Below, one piece after another: positions 10,180 to 19,165 of a stretch of 64,000 nt of DNA. Position 1 is the stretch's first letter. Every line of letters begins with the position of its first letter. Both the position numbers and the translations under genes were made by a program. The stretch spans positions 124,001 to 188,000 of the IMG/VR virus record IMGVR_UViG_3300017917_003143; one strand, written 5' to 3'. A model generated the notes under the pieces. The model was not told the origin of the DNA and did not search any database. It saw only the letters and a list, made by a program, of their open reading frames with translations.

Positions 10180-10814
10180 GAGCACAAGATTTTATTCCTA
10201 CCAATCGAGAGTTTATACTCTATATCAACGGACGACCTGCAGTAAAGTATCAGCACGAAGGTGATGCCTTGCGAGACATGGATCACCTACGAAGAAAAGA
10301 TCCTAACACACGATTAGAGCTCAAACATGAAGTGTGTGGCATTGAAACTCTCCGCAAGATCAACGAATACAAGATTAACAATCAATCAGGCATCGGTTCT
10401 GTGCCCAAGAATCAAGACATTGATTATTTTGGACTGCGTGTGGCCATGCGCCCTAGCACGTTCCTTAAGCTCAGTCTGCCTTTGCCCAATACGCCTCAAG
10501 ATCAGCAGTCTATCGAATATGTCAAACAACACAAAGACACCGAAGGTATAGGCGCACCTTTCCTGGAAATAGACGTTCCTCAAGGCTGGGAGTCCGGTGA
10601 TTTATCTAAACCTGCCAGGGTGGTAGGGCACGATGGACGACACAGGATGGCTGCTATATTGCAGAGCGAAGGCGACGATCCTGTGGAAACACACATATTC
10701 CCTTTGGGACTGCGCCGCCGTCATTTTGATGCCAATCCTGAATGGGCCAAAGAACTCAATCAAGTCATCATTGGCCAGCGCGGCAACACTGTGCCAGGCC
10801 CTATTTTTAAGTAA
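10176..10814 (+). CDS. ParB/Srx-like domain protein
   Basis: VVGHDGRHRMAAI (DGxHR). Confidence 0.6.
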   Translation: MRAQDFIPTNREFILYINGRPAVKYQHEGDALRDMDHLRRKDPNTRLELKHEVCGIETLRKINEYKINNQSGIGSVPKNQDIDYFGLRVAMRPSTFLKLSLPLPNTPQDQQSIEYVKQHKDTEGIGAPFLEIDVPQGWESGDLSKPARVVGHDGRHRMAAILQSEGDDPVETHIFPLGLRRRHFDANPEWAKELNQVIIGQRGNTVPGPIFK

Positions 10815-11862
10815 AGTAATCCTCGAGAGTACCTTTGCGTTTCACGTCTAACGTGACACAGTGGAATCCACCGCTGAGGGTGCGGCTCTGGCGCATGGGC
10901 AATCCAATGCTTTCAATACCCCAACGCTGTAGTTCTCGCATGAGTTCTGTTTGATTTTCATCCACTATGACCAAGCGTTCGTTGACGCTGAGCAAGTTCA
11001 ATCCTATGTACTTGCTACAAGGACTGATGCCACCAGCAAGATTGCTGCCAACATCAGGAACTTTTTCTCCGGGCCAAAAGATCTTGTCCCAGGATTCAAA
11101 GATCGGTGGATACCAGTCGGGTGTGCAACGGTCGCCATTGAACAACACCAGGCCTGGACGCAAAGGAATCACTGTAGAGTCAAAGTGTGCGAAACTGTAA
11201 TACTTTTCTGCCAAGTGTATGCGATACTTGTCTCCGATGATGCTCTTGAGCCATTGATAACCTAACAAGTTTCCGCTGTTGCTGACTTGGTACAGCAGGT
11301 CTCGGCCCAGTCGCACGATGTTGGGAGCATCAAACACTATCTCTCGATTGAGCAAAGTTGGATCTTCGAGATTGTCCAGCTGATAGCTGTCATCAGCCAA
11401 GACAGGTTTGGGTGCTGAAATCCATTTGGTACCATCGGCCATCCACTCATACAGCATGTCTCGATAGATGCGTGTTTCAAAATATCGACTGCGCATAGGG
11501 CTTGGACATTCAATGATCATGCCGTCCAATGGCAACAGCAAGTCTCGCGGACAGTAGCTATACCAACCCGACGTGGTCCACTCAGGAGTGGAAAATTTCG
11601 CGCTGTGATCTTGAGGTATGGGCCTGCGTACTTTGACGCCCAATTTTTTGAGCTCATCGCTGAGACGATCAAGATCCTCATTGGCTTCATCGATGATGCG
11701 CCGATCATGTGGTCCTTCGAGATGTTGGATATTTTCCCAAGGTTCGTTGGCATAGCAAAAGCTGTGTGTGCTTTTGTTCAAGGTGGGCAACTGTGCATGG
11801 TCAGCGATTCCGACCACTATTTCTTCCAAGGGATCCCAGTCATTGTGACTGCATACGGGCAT
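10807..11862 (-). CDS. amidinotransferase (glycine/inosamine-phosphate amidinotransferase family)
   Basis: DPLEEIVVG, CPRD, FDAPN, HFDST, GGFHC (Asp/His/Cys triad). Confidence 0.9.
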   Translation of the reverse strand: MPVCSHNDWDPLEEIVVGIADHAQLPTLNKSTHSFCYANEPWENIQHLEGPHDRRIIDEANEDLDRLSDELKKLGVKVRRPIPQDHSAKFSTPEWTTSGWYSYCPRDLLLPLDGMIIECPSPMRSRYFETRIYRDMLYEWMADGTKWISAPKPVLADDSYQLDNLEDPTLLNREIVFDAPNIVRLGRDLLYQVSNSGNLLGYQWLKSIIGDKYRIHLAEKYYSFAHFDSTVIPLRPGLVLFNGDRCTPDWYPPIFESWDKIFWPGEKVPDVGSNLAGGISPCSKYIGLNLLSVNERLVIVDENQTELMRELQRWGIESIGLPMRQSRTLSGGFHCVTLDVKRKGTLEDYFT

Positions 11863-12691
11863 AACGTTCTCCTATTTCTTGTGATATACAAACACGGTTC
11901 CATTGGCTACCGCGGTTAAATTCTTGATATTGTTCTCCCCCGAGCCCAAACAAAATACATTTGGTAGGTTCAAGGTCCAATTCTTTGACTACTTGATCAT
12001 AGATATCTTCGTAGGTTTTCCAGTTCCAATCTATGCTGTGATTCTCCATGAAATCTATGGCACAAGCCATGCTGTGTCCGGGTACTTGATGATTTTTATT
12101 AAAAAAATCAATTCCATCATCGATGTCTTCCCGTTGCCATCTGATGCCTGCACGTAAAAACTGTGCTCCATGGAATGCTTTGCTGATGCTGGATGCCACG
12201 GTTTCGATACAAGCATGAGATAGATCCACTGAGAGATCTTTGCTGATAGCGATGTAAGCCATGTCTACCAACACAGGAATACCCAACTGTGTACATTTCC
12301 TCATGAGTGCATCCATGTCAGGATGCACATCGCCGAGGTCGCTGAATGGGCAACTGATTACCACAGCATCATTTTCGTGCAAAGGTTCATCATCGATATA
12401 ACACCAGTCAATGGCATTTTTCAAGCAGACCTGGTGATACATAAATTCCCCACGGAAAAATCTCATCCTGCGAGTGTGGTGTTTGAGATAAAAATGATCA
12501 AAGGCCTGCACGGATCCGTGGCAAAATGATGCATGGGTGAACTGATCAAAACCGTGGAGTTGGAACGACCCTCCTTTGACCCATGATGTAAAAGTTTTGG
12601 TATAAATTCCCAATAAATCTTCGTGCTGTACCGGCACTGGATTTAATTTTACCGAATCATTTTGTATGGGAAAGGCGCTACGGAGTGGCAT
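11840..12691 (-). CDS. PLP-dependent (fold type I) transferase-like enzyme
   Basis: VLVDMAY and SSISKAF motifs. Confidence 0.65.
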   Translation of the reverse strand: MPLRSAFPIQNDSVKLNPVPVQHEDLLGIYTKTFTSWVKGGSFQLHGFDQFTHASFCHGSVQAFDHFYLKHHTRRMRFFRGEFMYHQVCLKNAIDWCYIDDEPLHENDAVVISCPFSDLGDVHPDMDALMRKCTQLGIPVLVDMAYIAISKDLSVDLSHACIETVASSISKAFHGAQFLRAGIRWQREDIDDGIDFFNKNHQVPGHSMACAIDFMENHSIDWNWKTYEDIYDQVVKELDLEPTKCILFGLGGEQYQEFNRGSQWNRVCISQEIGERYARMQSQ

Positions 12692-12694
12692 GAT

Positions 12695-12731
12695 GATTTA
12701 TATATGGTTATTGTGCTTGCGGACTTAAATA
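12695..12731. promoter_or_regulatory. divergent late-type promoters
   Basis: TATAAATC on minus (12695-12702); TTAAATA on plus (12725-12731). Confidence 0.55.
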
Positions 12732-12735
12732 TATC

Positions 12736-13293
12736 ATGACAAAAGAATACGGATTTTTCAAAAATATCCCCGGCGACTATCAACAAGTGATAGAAAATCT
12801 GCCCTGGAATTTTTCCGATCATTGCATGTGGCCCAGAGAAACATACAAAAAAGATCACGATGGAGAGATCGCTCCATTCTATGACACAGGATATTACACT
12901 CCTGAAAACACACAGCTATGGCAGACCAGATTGGATGAAACCAGCATCGACGTCGCATCATCCGCACAACAAGTTCCCATACTGGATCACACCGTGACTT
13001 TTATCAAGTTGGATCCAGGGCACACTCTACCTTGGCATCGAGACGCATTCTATTTGCTCAAACAAAAACGTCCCAATTGGAAAGAACAAAATCTCAAGCC
13101 CATACGCTATCTGATCTTTCTTGAAGACTGGAAATTGGGCCATTTCGTGCAGTTGGAAGATCAGGTGGTAACACATTGGAAATCCGGTGACTGCTGGTAT
13201 TTCTGCAATGACACTTATCATTTGGGCACCAATGCAGGATTAGAACCATTTGTCAGCATGCAAGTCAGCGGATTCAAACAAACTGCCATTTAG
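12736..13293 (+). CDS. 2OG-Fe(II)/cupin-type hydroxylase-like protein
   Basis: LPWHRD...YHLGTN triad; paralog of 33922..34464. Confidence 0.6.
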   Translation: MTKEYGFFKNIPGDYQQVIENLPWNFSDHCMWPRETYKKDHDGEIAPFYDTGYYTPENTQLWQTRLDETSIDVASSAQQVPILDHTVTFIKLDPGHTLPWHRDAFYLLKQKRPNWKEQNLKPIRYLIFLEDWKLGHFVQLEDQVVTHWKSGDCWYFCNDTYHLGTNAGLEPFVSMQVSGFKQTAI

Positions 13294-13326
13294 ATTAAAT
13301 ACGTTATACCAAACAGCGAGGGTATC

Positions 13327-13590
13327 ATGTACAACTATCAAGCCCTGTTCGAACAGCTCGTTCCAGAGGATTTTGAAAGCTCAGTGGCACCAAGATCTAA
13401 ATCGATCAACACCAAACACAAAGCCGCTGCCTACCTTGGCAAGGACATCGACGAAACGATGAATCCCACAGATTTTAAACGTCTGCGAGCCAAGGCCAAT
13501 AAAATGAAAAAGTCTCAAAACAAAGCCATCCGGGCACGTGGGGCCAAACTCAGTAGACAGCTATCGTGGTACAACAATTTCCATAATTGA
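13327..13590 (+). CDS. small basic hypothetical protein
   Basis: 87 aa, upstream TAAATA and GAGGG. Confidence 0.6.
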   Translation: MYNYQALFEQLVPEDFESSVAPRSKSINTKHKAAAYLGKDIDETMNPTDFKRLRAKANKMKKSQNKAIRARGAKLSRQLSWYNNFHN

Positions 13591-13609
13591 CCAGTCATTA
13601 AACACGCGG

Positions 13610-13623
13610 TAAATATCTTTATG
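13610..13623 (+). promoter_or_regulatory. late promoter/start unit TAAATATCTTTATG
   Basis: identical 14-mer at 63569-63582. Confidence 0.6.
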
Positions 13624-13920
13624 AAAAATAAATTTGTCAAGGTCAATTTTGATTTGCACTGCGACTGGAATAAAGCGCCGCCTGTTTATCGAGTCTATGT
13701 TGGGCATGAGCTTTTTACAGAACGCACTTATATCTGGGGCGTGACACAGTTCCTCCAGGAAATATTACAGTTAAATGCTCCTCCAGGAAAATACACTATC
13801 AGGGTGGATAATCTCGGTGATCCTGAGTGCCAATTTAAAATACGCAACTTGACAGCGTCGCACGGTCCTGTGCGTATACTTGACAGCAAAACCTTTGAGA
13901 TTACCAATGAGAGCGCATGA
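13621..13920 (+). CDS. hypothetical protein
   Basis: 99 aa; TAAATA 5 nt before ATG. Confidence 0.7.
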   Translation: MKNKFVKVNFDLHCDWNKAPPVYRVYVGHELFTERTYIWGVTQFLQEILQLNAPPGKYTIRVDNLGDPECQFKIRNLTASHGPVRILDSKTFEITNESA

Positions 13921-14089
13921 ATTCATAGTGGAAACCACGGTTAGCGGCGGCATAGCCCCTGTGGTCATGCCCATAGGAGACATGCTGTCAAGAACCCAGC
14001 CTACAGCGCCCGTAGATAAATATAAAAAGAATTCAAGAAAGAAGAAACCCAATGCTGTCAGACGATTTGAAAACTCTATTAGCCAGTAA
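13907..14089 (+). CDS. small MRAxE-type protein (MRAHEFIVE)
   Basis: start moved to ATG 13907 on the motif. Confidence 0.65.
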   Translation: MRAHEFIVETTVSGGIAPVVMPIGDMLSRTQPTAPVDKYKKNSRKKKPNAVRRFENSISQ

Positions 14090-14492
14090 CTTTGCTTACT
14101 ACATCAAAGCACAGATGTTCCACTGGAACGTGGAAGGTCCTGATTTCGTGCAACTGCACGAACTCTTTGCCAATGTCTACGAGTTTGCTTACAGTGGACA
14201 TGACAAAGTGGCAGAGTACATCCGTACCATGGATGATTATGCTCCTGGCAGTCTTGAGCGTTTTTCCGAATTAAGTCAGATTCCTGGACAAACAAAGATT
14301 CCACGTGCCCGACTCATGATTGAAGAGCTGTTAAACGATACCGAAACATTGAAGGGCATCGTCATGCAGACTTTCCAGTCAGCACAAGCAGAAGGACGCG
14401 AAGACATCGCCAACTTCATGGCCGAGCGCCAAGATGGTCTGGGCAAATACACATGGCAGATACGTGCCACGCTAAAAGATTCGAGAGCATGA
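14052..14492 (+). CDS. dps: Dps/ferritin-like protein
   Basis: FHWNVEGPDFVQLHELF, DKVAE ferroxidase-type motifs. Confidence 0.9.
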   Translation: MLSDDLKTLLASNFAYYIKAQMFHWNVEGPDFVQLHELFANVYEFAYSGHDKVAEYIRTMDDYAPGSLERFSELSQIPGQTKIPRARLMIEELLNDTETLKGIVMQTFQSAQAEGREDIANFMAERQDGLGKYTWQIRATLKDSRA

Positions 14493-14493
14493 C

Positions 14494-15348
14494 ATGGCTG
14501 ATTTACGCAAGATCCTTGAATCCTTCTCCCGTATAGAACAAGAAAGCCTCAGCTCTCAGCAAAAGAGCGTGAAGCAACTGCCTGCCCTGTTCAAGCCACA
14601 AAAAACATCTCCACAGTTATCAGGCCCATATCCTGGCAAGAATGCCACCTTGGGTTATCTAGTGGGCGAAGGTGATGAGCAAGGTTATGGCAGTGAAGTT
14701 GGGGATACTGGCGCAGATGAAACACCAGATGGCGTAGATCCAGACACCAAATCATTCCTTGAAGGTAGATTAACAAATCCAGGTGAGCAAGACACTCCTG
14801 TGGCACAGGCTATAATACGTCGCATACTCACACAGAGACTTGACCTATTGTCTAAATACGGCCCTGAGTTGGTTGGCAGTGCTGTTGACGATGTCGCTGA
14901 CTGGGTTGGTGATGTAGAAGAAATAGGTACCAGTGATGTCAGTGGGTGGGTCAATCAAGTTGAACGCATGCTCAAAGAAAATCCACCTGAAGCGTTTGGT
15001 CTGTCAGAAGCACAAGCCACCGAAGACGTCATCTCTACAGTAAAGAAAAAGCTGGGCGACTATCTGTCCGACTTATCAAAAGAAATCAAATCAGACTCTG
15101 ACTTAAAAGACAAAATTCCGCAGGATGTAGATAAAATTTCTCCTGCTGTAAAGACCATTACAACTGATGATGGTAAAGAAATCAAGATACACGGCAACGA
15201 AGATGATGGTTTCCGTATCACCATACGAAATAAACCACACTCGGCAACTTTTGAAAGCCTGGACCATGCTGTCATGGCCTGTGAGATGTATTTGAATCGC
15301 CGCAGAATGCGCATGCCACACAACGAAGATTACTTGGAAGAACAATAA
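14494..15348 (+). CDS. modular hypothetical protein
   Basis: 284 aa; segments bounded by VGE/FLE/LSE/LEE. Confidence 0.7.
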   Translation: MADLRKILESFSRIEQESLSSQQKSVKQLPALFKPQKTSPQLSGPYPGKNATLGYLVGEGDEQGYGSEVGDTGADETPDGVDPDTKSFLEGRLTNPGEQDTPVAQAIIRRILTQRLDLLSKYGPELVGSAVDDVADWVGDVEEIGTSDVSGWVNQVERMLKENPPEAFGLSEAQATEDVISTVKKKLGDYLSDLSKEIKSDSDLKDKIPQDVDKISPAVKTITTDDGKEIKIHGNEDDGFRITIRNKPHSATFESLDHAVMACEMYLNRRRMRMPHNEDYLEEQ

Positions 15349-18300
15349 TGAATTTACTGAACTTGATCGAAGACACTACCACAGGTTACGATAACTTACG
15401 AGCCTTGATGCAAGCCTCGCAATCAGGGCAGGATGCTGTGCTTACAGTGGGTGGCGAAACTGTTACCTTGGATCCAATGGAAACACGTTGGATGTTTGGC
15501 AAATACAAAGCGTTCAACAAAGCCGGCCGCCAAGAAGAATTCTTGAATCACTTGGCTGATCCTGTGAAATTTGATCAGCACATGAAACAACTGCGCCAAC
15601 TCATTGACAAACAAAAGAACTTCCGTGGCTCAGTGCCCGGTGAGCGTGGTGTGGAAGAAAACATAGTGGCCGGCATCGTTGGCCATGAGATTAAAAAATT
15701 CCTTGACGAGCCTACCCCCAACAATAATGTAGCAGAAGAAGAAGCAGTAGAAGAAATTGCCATGAACAATCCCGATCAACCCACTGCGCAAACAGCAGGT
15801 AAGATCAACTGGGAACGCATGATCAAAGATTACATGGACAATAAACCCTACAGTGAATTTGAATTCCCTAGTGATCGTCCACTCACACTTTATCGTTCGC
15901 AAGTCTATGCCATACTCAAAGACTTTGGACGCATGAAGCCGCAACAAAAAGTCAACTTGATTCTTAATACCTTTGGTGACAAGTATGCCATGGTTGATTA
16001 CATCGACAAACTGCGTAGCAAAGGCATGATGCCCAAGAAAGTTCCTGCGTACAAAGCTCCCGGTGTTGAAGCGCCAGCTCCTGGTCAGATGACGTTGCCT
16101 GGTATGGATGTTCCCAAGATCAAAGAAGCCCAGGCTCAAAAAAAAAATTCTGACAAAGCAGGTTTAGACCGCGATACCGCGATAAACCCCAGAGTAGCTC
16201 GTGCTCTACAGTTGGCCCGAGCTCGACAGAGCGCAGCCGGCAGTGACATTGAAGCCTTTGTACAAGACGAACTAGAAAAAGCTCAGTCTGCACAGGCGCA
16301 GATCGATCAACTTGAAAAAGACAATCAACAACAGGCTGATCAGATATCACGCTTGTCGTCACAGCTATCTCAGCAAGATCAGGAAATACAACAGATCAAG
16401 AGCCAGCCAGAGCCAGAACCTCAATCACCTGCTCCAGCAGTGCAACCGGCACCTACACCAGCACCTGCTGAGCCTGATGCCAAGGCTCAACCAGCTCCTA
16501 AATCCACCGAGCCTGCCAAGACTGAACCCACAGCAGAACCACAACCCGTGCCTGTGCCACAACGGCAACCTGCGCCCAAGGCCAAGAAAACACCCAAAAA
16601 ACGTACCACTCGTAAAAAGGCTCCAGCAACTACGCCTGACAATGTCATACCATTTCCAGGCAAGAAAAAAACACCCGCAGATGATGAATTGTCAGCGGCC
16701 TTGCAAGGTGTTGACATGGATTCCGACGATCTGTTTGCCCGAGCAGTGGGTATGAACGAAGACACTGGCGATCTGAATGTTGGCGATCCTGTGATCATCC
16801 GTGGCAACGTAGAGTTTGAAGGCAAGACCGGCGATGTCGCAGGTTTTGGACGAGACAAACACTTTGTCATAGTGGATCTGTATAACTTTGGCAAACATGC
16901 GTTCCATGCTTCCAATGTCAAGTACAACGAATATGCTGATCAAGAAGTAGACGAAGGACGTTTAAAAAACGATGAACTCGAGCGCCAGTGGCAAGCTGGA
17001 CAACAGGCCACACGCAGTTTCCAGAATCGCGAACGCACTGCTGGTGAAGAAGAACCAGTAGGTGACTTCCGTGTGGTACGCCGCAAAGATGGTGTAGTAG
17101 GCGATCTCAAACAGCACTACAGTTCCAACGAAGCATTCCGTCATGCACGAGCACTCAAGAAAAAATATCCCAGCATGGAAGTAGGTGTGAAGTGGCCTAC
17201 AGGACAAATCAACTGGGTAGGACTGACCTTTGAGGACGATGTCACAGAGATGCAGACCAAGCTGGACAGATACAATGTCAATCAGCCTCCTCCGGGCGGT
17301 ACCAACAAGCAACGTGAACAGTTTTTAGATGCTCGAGACAAGTTGTTCCGATTGATGAAAAATGCTTCTACAGCAGACAAAGAAGTTATCAGACTCAAGA
17401 TAGCAGATCTAGAAGCCAAGGCACAGGCCAAAGGTATCAAGATACGAGAAGCTGGAGAGTTTAATCGTAGTGGATACAATGCCATCAAAGATGTCAGCGA
17501 CTGGCGTGAAAAAATCCGTGTGATGCAAGAGCTTATGAAGGATCGTGCTCTTATGAGCGATCCCGAAGCCAAAGCGGCCATTGAACAACGCATTGGAGAT
17601 CTGATCCGTGTGGGCCAAGAACAAGGCTATGTCACAGAAGCTCTCAGCGATAAAGCTATGTCTGTATTACGTGGACTCAAGAGCCAACCACAAGCCACCC
17701 AACCTGCCGCAATGGATCCTGCTAAACAAGCAGAGGTTGATGCTTGGGCACGAGATGTTGAGCGCAATCTTGCTCCTAAACTAAAACCACAAGCAGTCGC
17801 AAAGCCTGCGATTGACCTCAATGTTCCTCAACCAAAAAACATTGAAGATACGTTGCCTGATGATTTGCCAACCTTGCAACGTCGCATCAAGCAGTTGGAC
17901 GAGTTGATCAAAATGAAAGAGATGATCGACAAGTTATTCTTGAAAGCACAGAATGTGCGTGGTGGCATCTATCCAGGCTTGCAAAGTGACATCGAAGACG
18001 AAGAGATGTACGGTGTTCCAACCAATGATCAAGACTTTGAGGAATTGAAAAACAAGTACACACGAGACTTGGCAGCACTGCAAAAGTTTTTGGCCATGAA
18101 GAAGGCTGTGTATCGTGAAGATGAAGAACTCGTCGGCGAAAGCGCCGCTCTTGTAAGACTACAACGAGCACGTCAGCAGTTGGCACAGCAAGGCGTGGCA
18201 GAAGCACAAACAGATTATCAAAAGCGTAGACAGCGTGAGCGTGATGTAGACGCAGGTAAGCCTGTGAGCCGTCAACCCAAGAATCCACAGAATGACTATT

Positions 18301-18653
18301 TTGCTCGCCGCAAAAAAGAAAAAAAGCATGACATGGAAGAGCAGAAAGACAAAGCCGGCAATCCAATGTATCGCCGTGAAGAAGTCTACATGGTAGTACA
18401 CAATGGCAAGGAAGTAGCATTCTACAAACCCGAAAGCATGGCACGAGCCTACAGCGATGCCGAAGATCTCGTCAAGCGTTTTGGTGGCGAAGCTCATGTA
18501 AAGAAAGTCATGCGCGAAGCAAAAAAGAAAGATCGCAGTCCAGGTAAGATAACCAAGAGCGAAGATCCTTGCTGGTCAGGTTATCACATGGTAGGCAAGA
18601 AAATAAAGAACGGTCGTGAAGTTCCTAACTGCGTACCGGGTAAGAAAGGTTAA
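15348..18653 (+). CDS. 1101 aa modular protein: coiled coil, Pro/Ala/Gln-rich linker, KOW/SH3-like module, basic C-terminal modules
   Basis: ORF track; VGDPVII..G..G.V pattern; PAP-rich tract about 16390-16630. Confidence 0.75.
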   Translation: MNLLNLIEDTTTGYDNLRALMQASQSGQDAVLTVGGETVTLDPMETRWMFGKYKAFNKAGRQEEFLNHLADPVKFDQHMKQLRQLIDKQKNFRGSVPGERGVEENIVAGIVGHEIKKFLDEPTPNNNVAEEEAVEEIAMNNPDQPTAQTAGKINWERMIKDYMDNKPYSEFEFPSDRPLTLYRSQVYAILKDFGRMKPQQKVNLILNTFGDKYAMVDYIDKLRSKGMMPKKVPAYKAPGVEAPAPGQMTLPGMDVPKIKEAQAQKKNSDKAGLDRDTAINPRVARALQLARARQSAAGSDIEAFVQDELEKAQSAQAQIDQLEKDNQQQADQISRLSSQLSQQDQEIQQIKSQPEPEPQSPAPAVQPAPTPAPAEPDAKAQPAPKSTEPAKTEPTAEPQPVPVPQRQPAPKAKKTPKKRTTRKKAPATTPDNVIPFPGKKKTPADDELSAALQGVDMDSDDLFARAVGMNEDTGDLNVGDPVIIRGNVEFEGKTGDVAGFGRDKHFVIVDLYNFGKHAFHASNVKYNEYADQEVDEGRLKNDELERQWQAGQQATRSFQNRERTAGEEEPVGDFRVVRRKDGVVGDLKQHYSSNEAFRHARALKKKYPSMEVGVKWPTGQINWVGLTFEDDVTEMQTKLDRYNVNQPPPGGTNKQREQFLDARDKLFRLMKNASTADKEVIRLKIADLEAKAQAKGIKIREAGEFNRSGYNAIKDVSDWREKIRVMQELMKDRALMSDPEAKAAIEQRIGDLIRVGQEQGYVTEALSDKAMSVLRGLKSQPQATQPAAMDPAKQAEVDAWARDVERNLAPKLKPQAVAKPAIDLNVPQPKNIEDTLPDDLPTLQRRIKQLDELIKMKEMIDKLFLKAQNVRGGIYPGLQSDIEDEEMYGVPTNDQDFEELKNKYTRDLAALQKFLAMKKAVYREDEELVGESAALVRLQRARQQLAQQGVAEAQTDYQKRRQRERDVDAGKPVSRQPKNPQNDYFARRKKEKKHDMEEQKDKAGNPMYRREEVYMVVHNGKEVAFYKPESMARAYSDAEDLVKRFGGEAHVKKVMREAKKKDRSPGKITKSEDPCWSGYHMVGKKIKNGREVPNCVPGKKG

Positions 18654-18658
18654 TAATA

Positions 18659-18757
18659 ATGAGAACATATAACTTTACTGTCAACGGTGTCATACATACT
18701 ATACTGGCAGAGAACTTCAATGCCGCACTAGATAAACTCAAGCAGTTGATAAAATAA
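18659..18757 (+). CDS. 32 aa microprotein MRTYNFTVNGVIHTILAENFNAALDKLKQLIK
   Basis: fills the gap exactly; stop abuts ATG 18758. Confidence 0.6.
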   Translation: MRTYNFTVNGVIHTILAENFNAALDKLKQLIK

Positions 18758-19165
18758 ATGAGAAACTATATCAATTTGATGGAAGCTCTGGAAAAAGGTT
18801 GTCCACCAGCAACACAGAGCATCAAACTCAATCTTGAAAATCGCCAAAAGGCCATAGATGAGTATGGCCACGGTCCATTGAATCCCAATGAGCCCAATGA
18901 AGAGTTTTGGCAAGCCAAGGCTGACGAGTGGAACATATCTAATCCTGAAGATGCTAAATCAGCACGTTGCGGAAACTGTGCGGCGTTTGACATGAGTGAT
19001 GACATGATGGACTGTATCGCTAAAGGCATTGGTGCAGAACCTGGAAGTGATCCTCATGACACCATTGATGCTGGACATTTAGGTTATTGTAAGTTTCTCA
19101 AGTTTAAGTGTGCGGCCAAACGTACCTGCGATGCTTGGGTAGAAGGCGGACCTGTAACAAAATGA
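18758..19165 (+). CDS. Cys-rich protein, HiPIP-like Fe-S motif
   Basis: CGNCAAF...GYC...CDAW. Confidence 0.5.
   Translation: MRNYINLMEALEKGCPPATQSIKLNLENRQKAIDEYGHGPLNPNEPNEEFWQAKADEWNISNPEDAKSARCGNCAAFDMSDDMMDCIAKGIGAEPGSDPHDTIDAGHLGYCKFLKFKCAAKRTCDAWVEGGPVTK

Noticed and set aside
10807-11862. Amidinotransferase as archaeosine (G+) synthase
   Set aside because: G+ is made by ArcS, QueF-like or GAT-QueC from preQ0; this is the unrelated Arg-dependent family and no QueC is seen.
16380-16640. Repeat-like DNA
   Set aside because: Low-complexity Pro/Ala/Gln coding sequence, not a CRISPR or tandem array.
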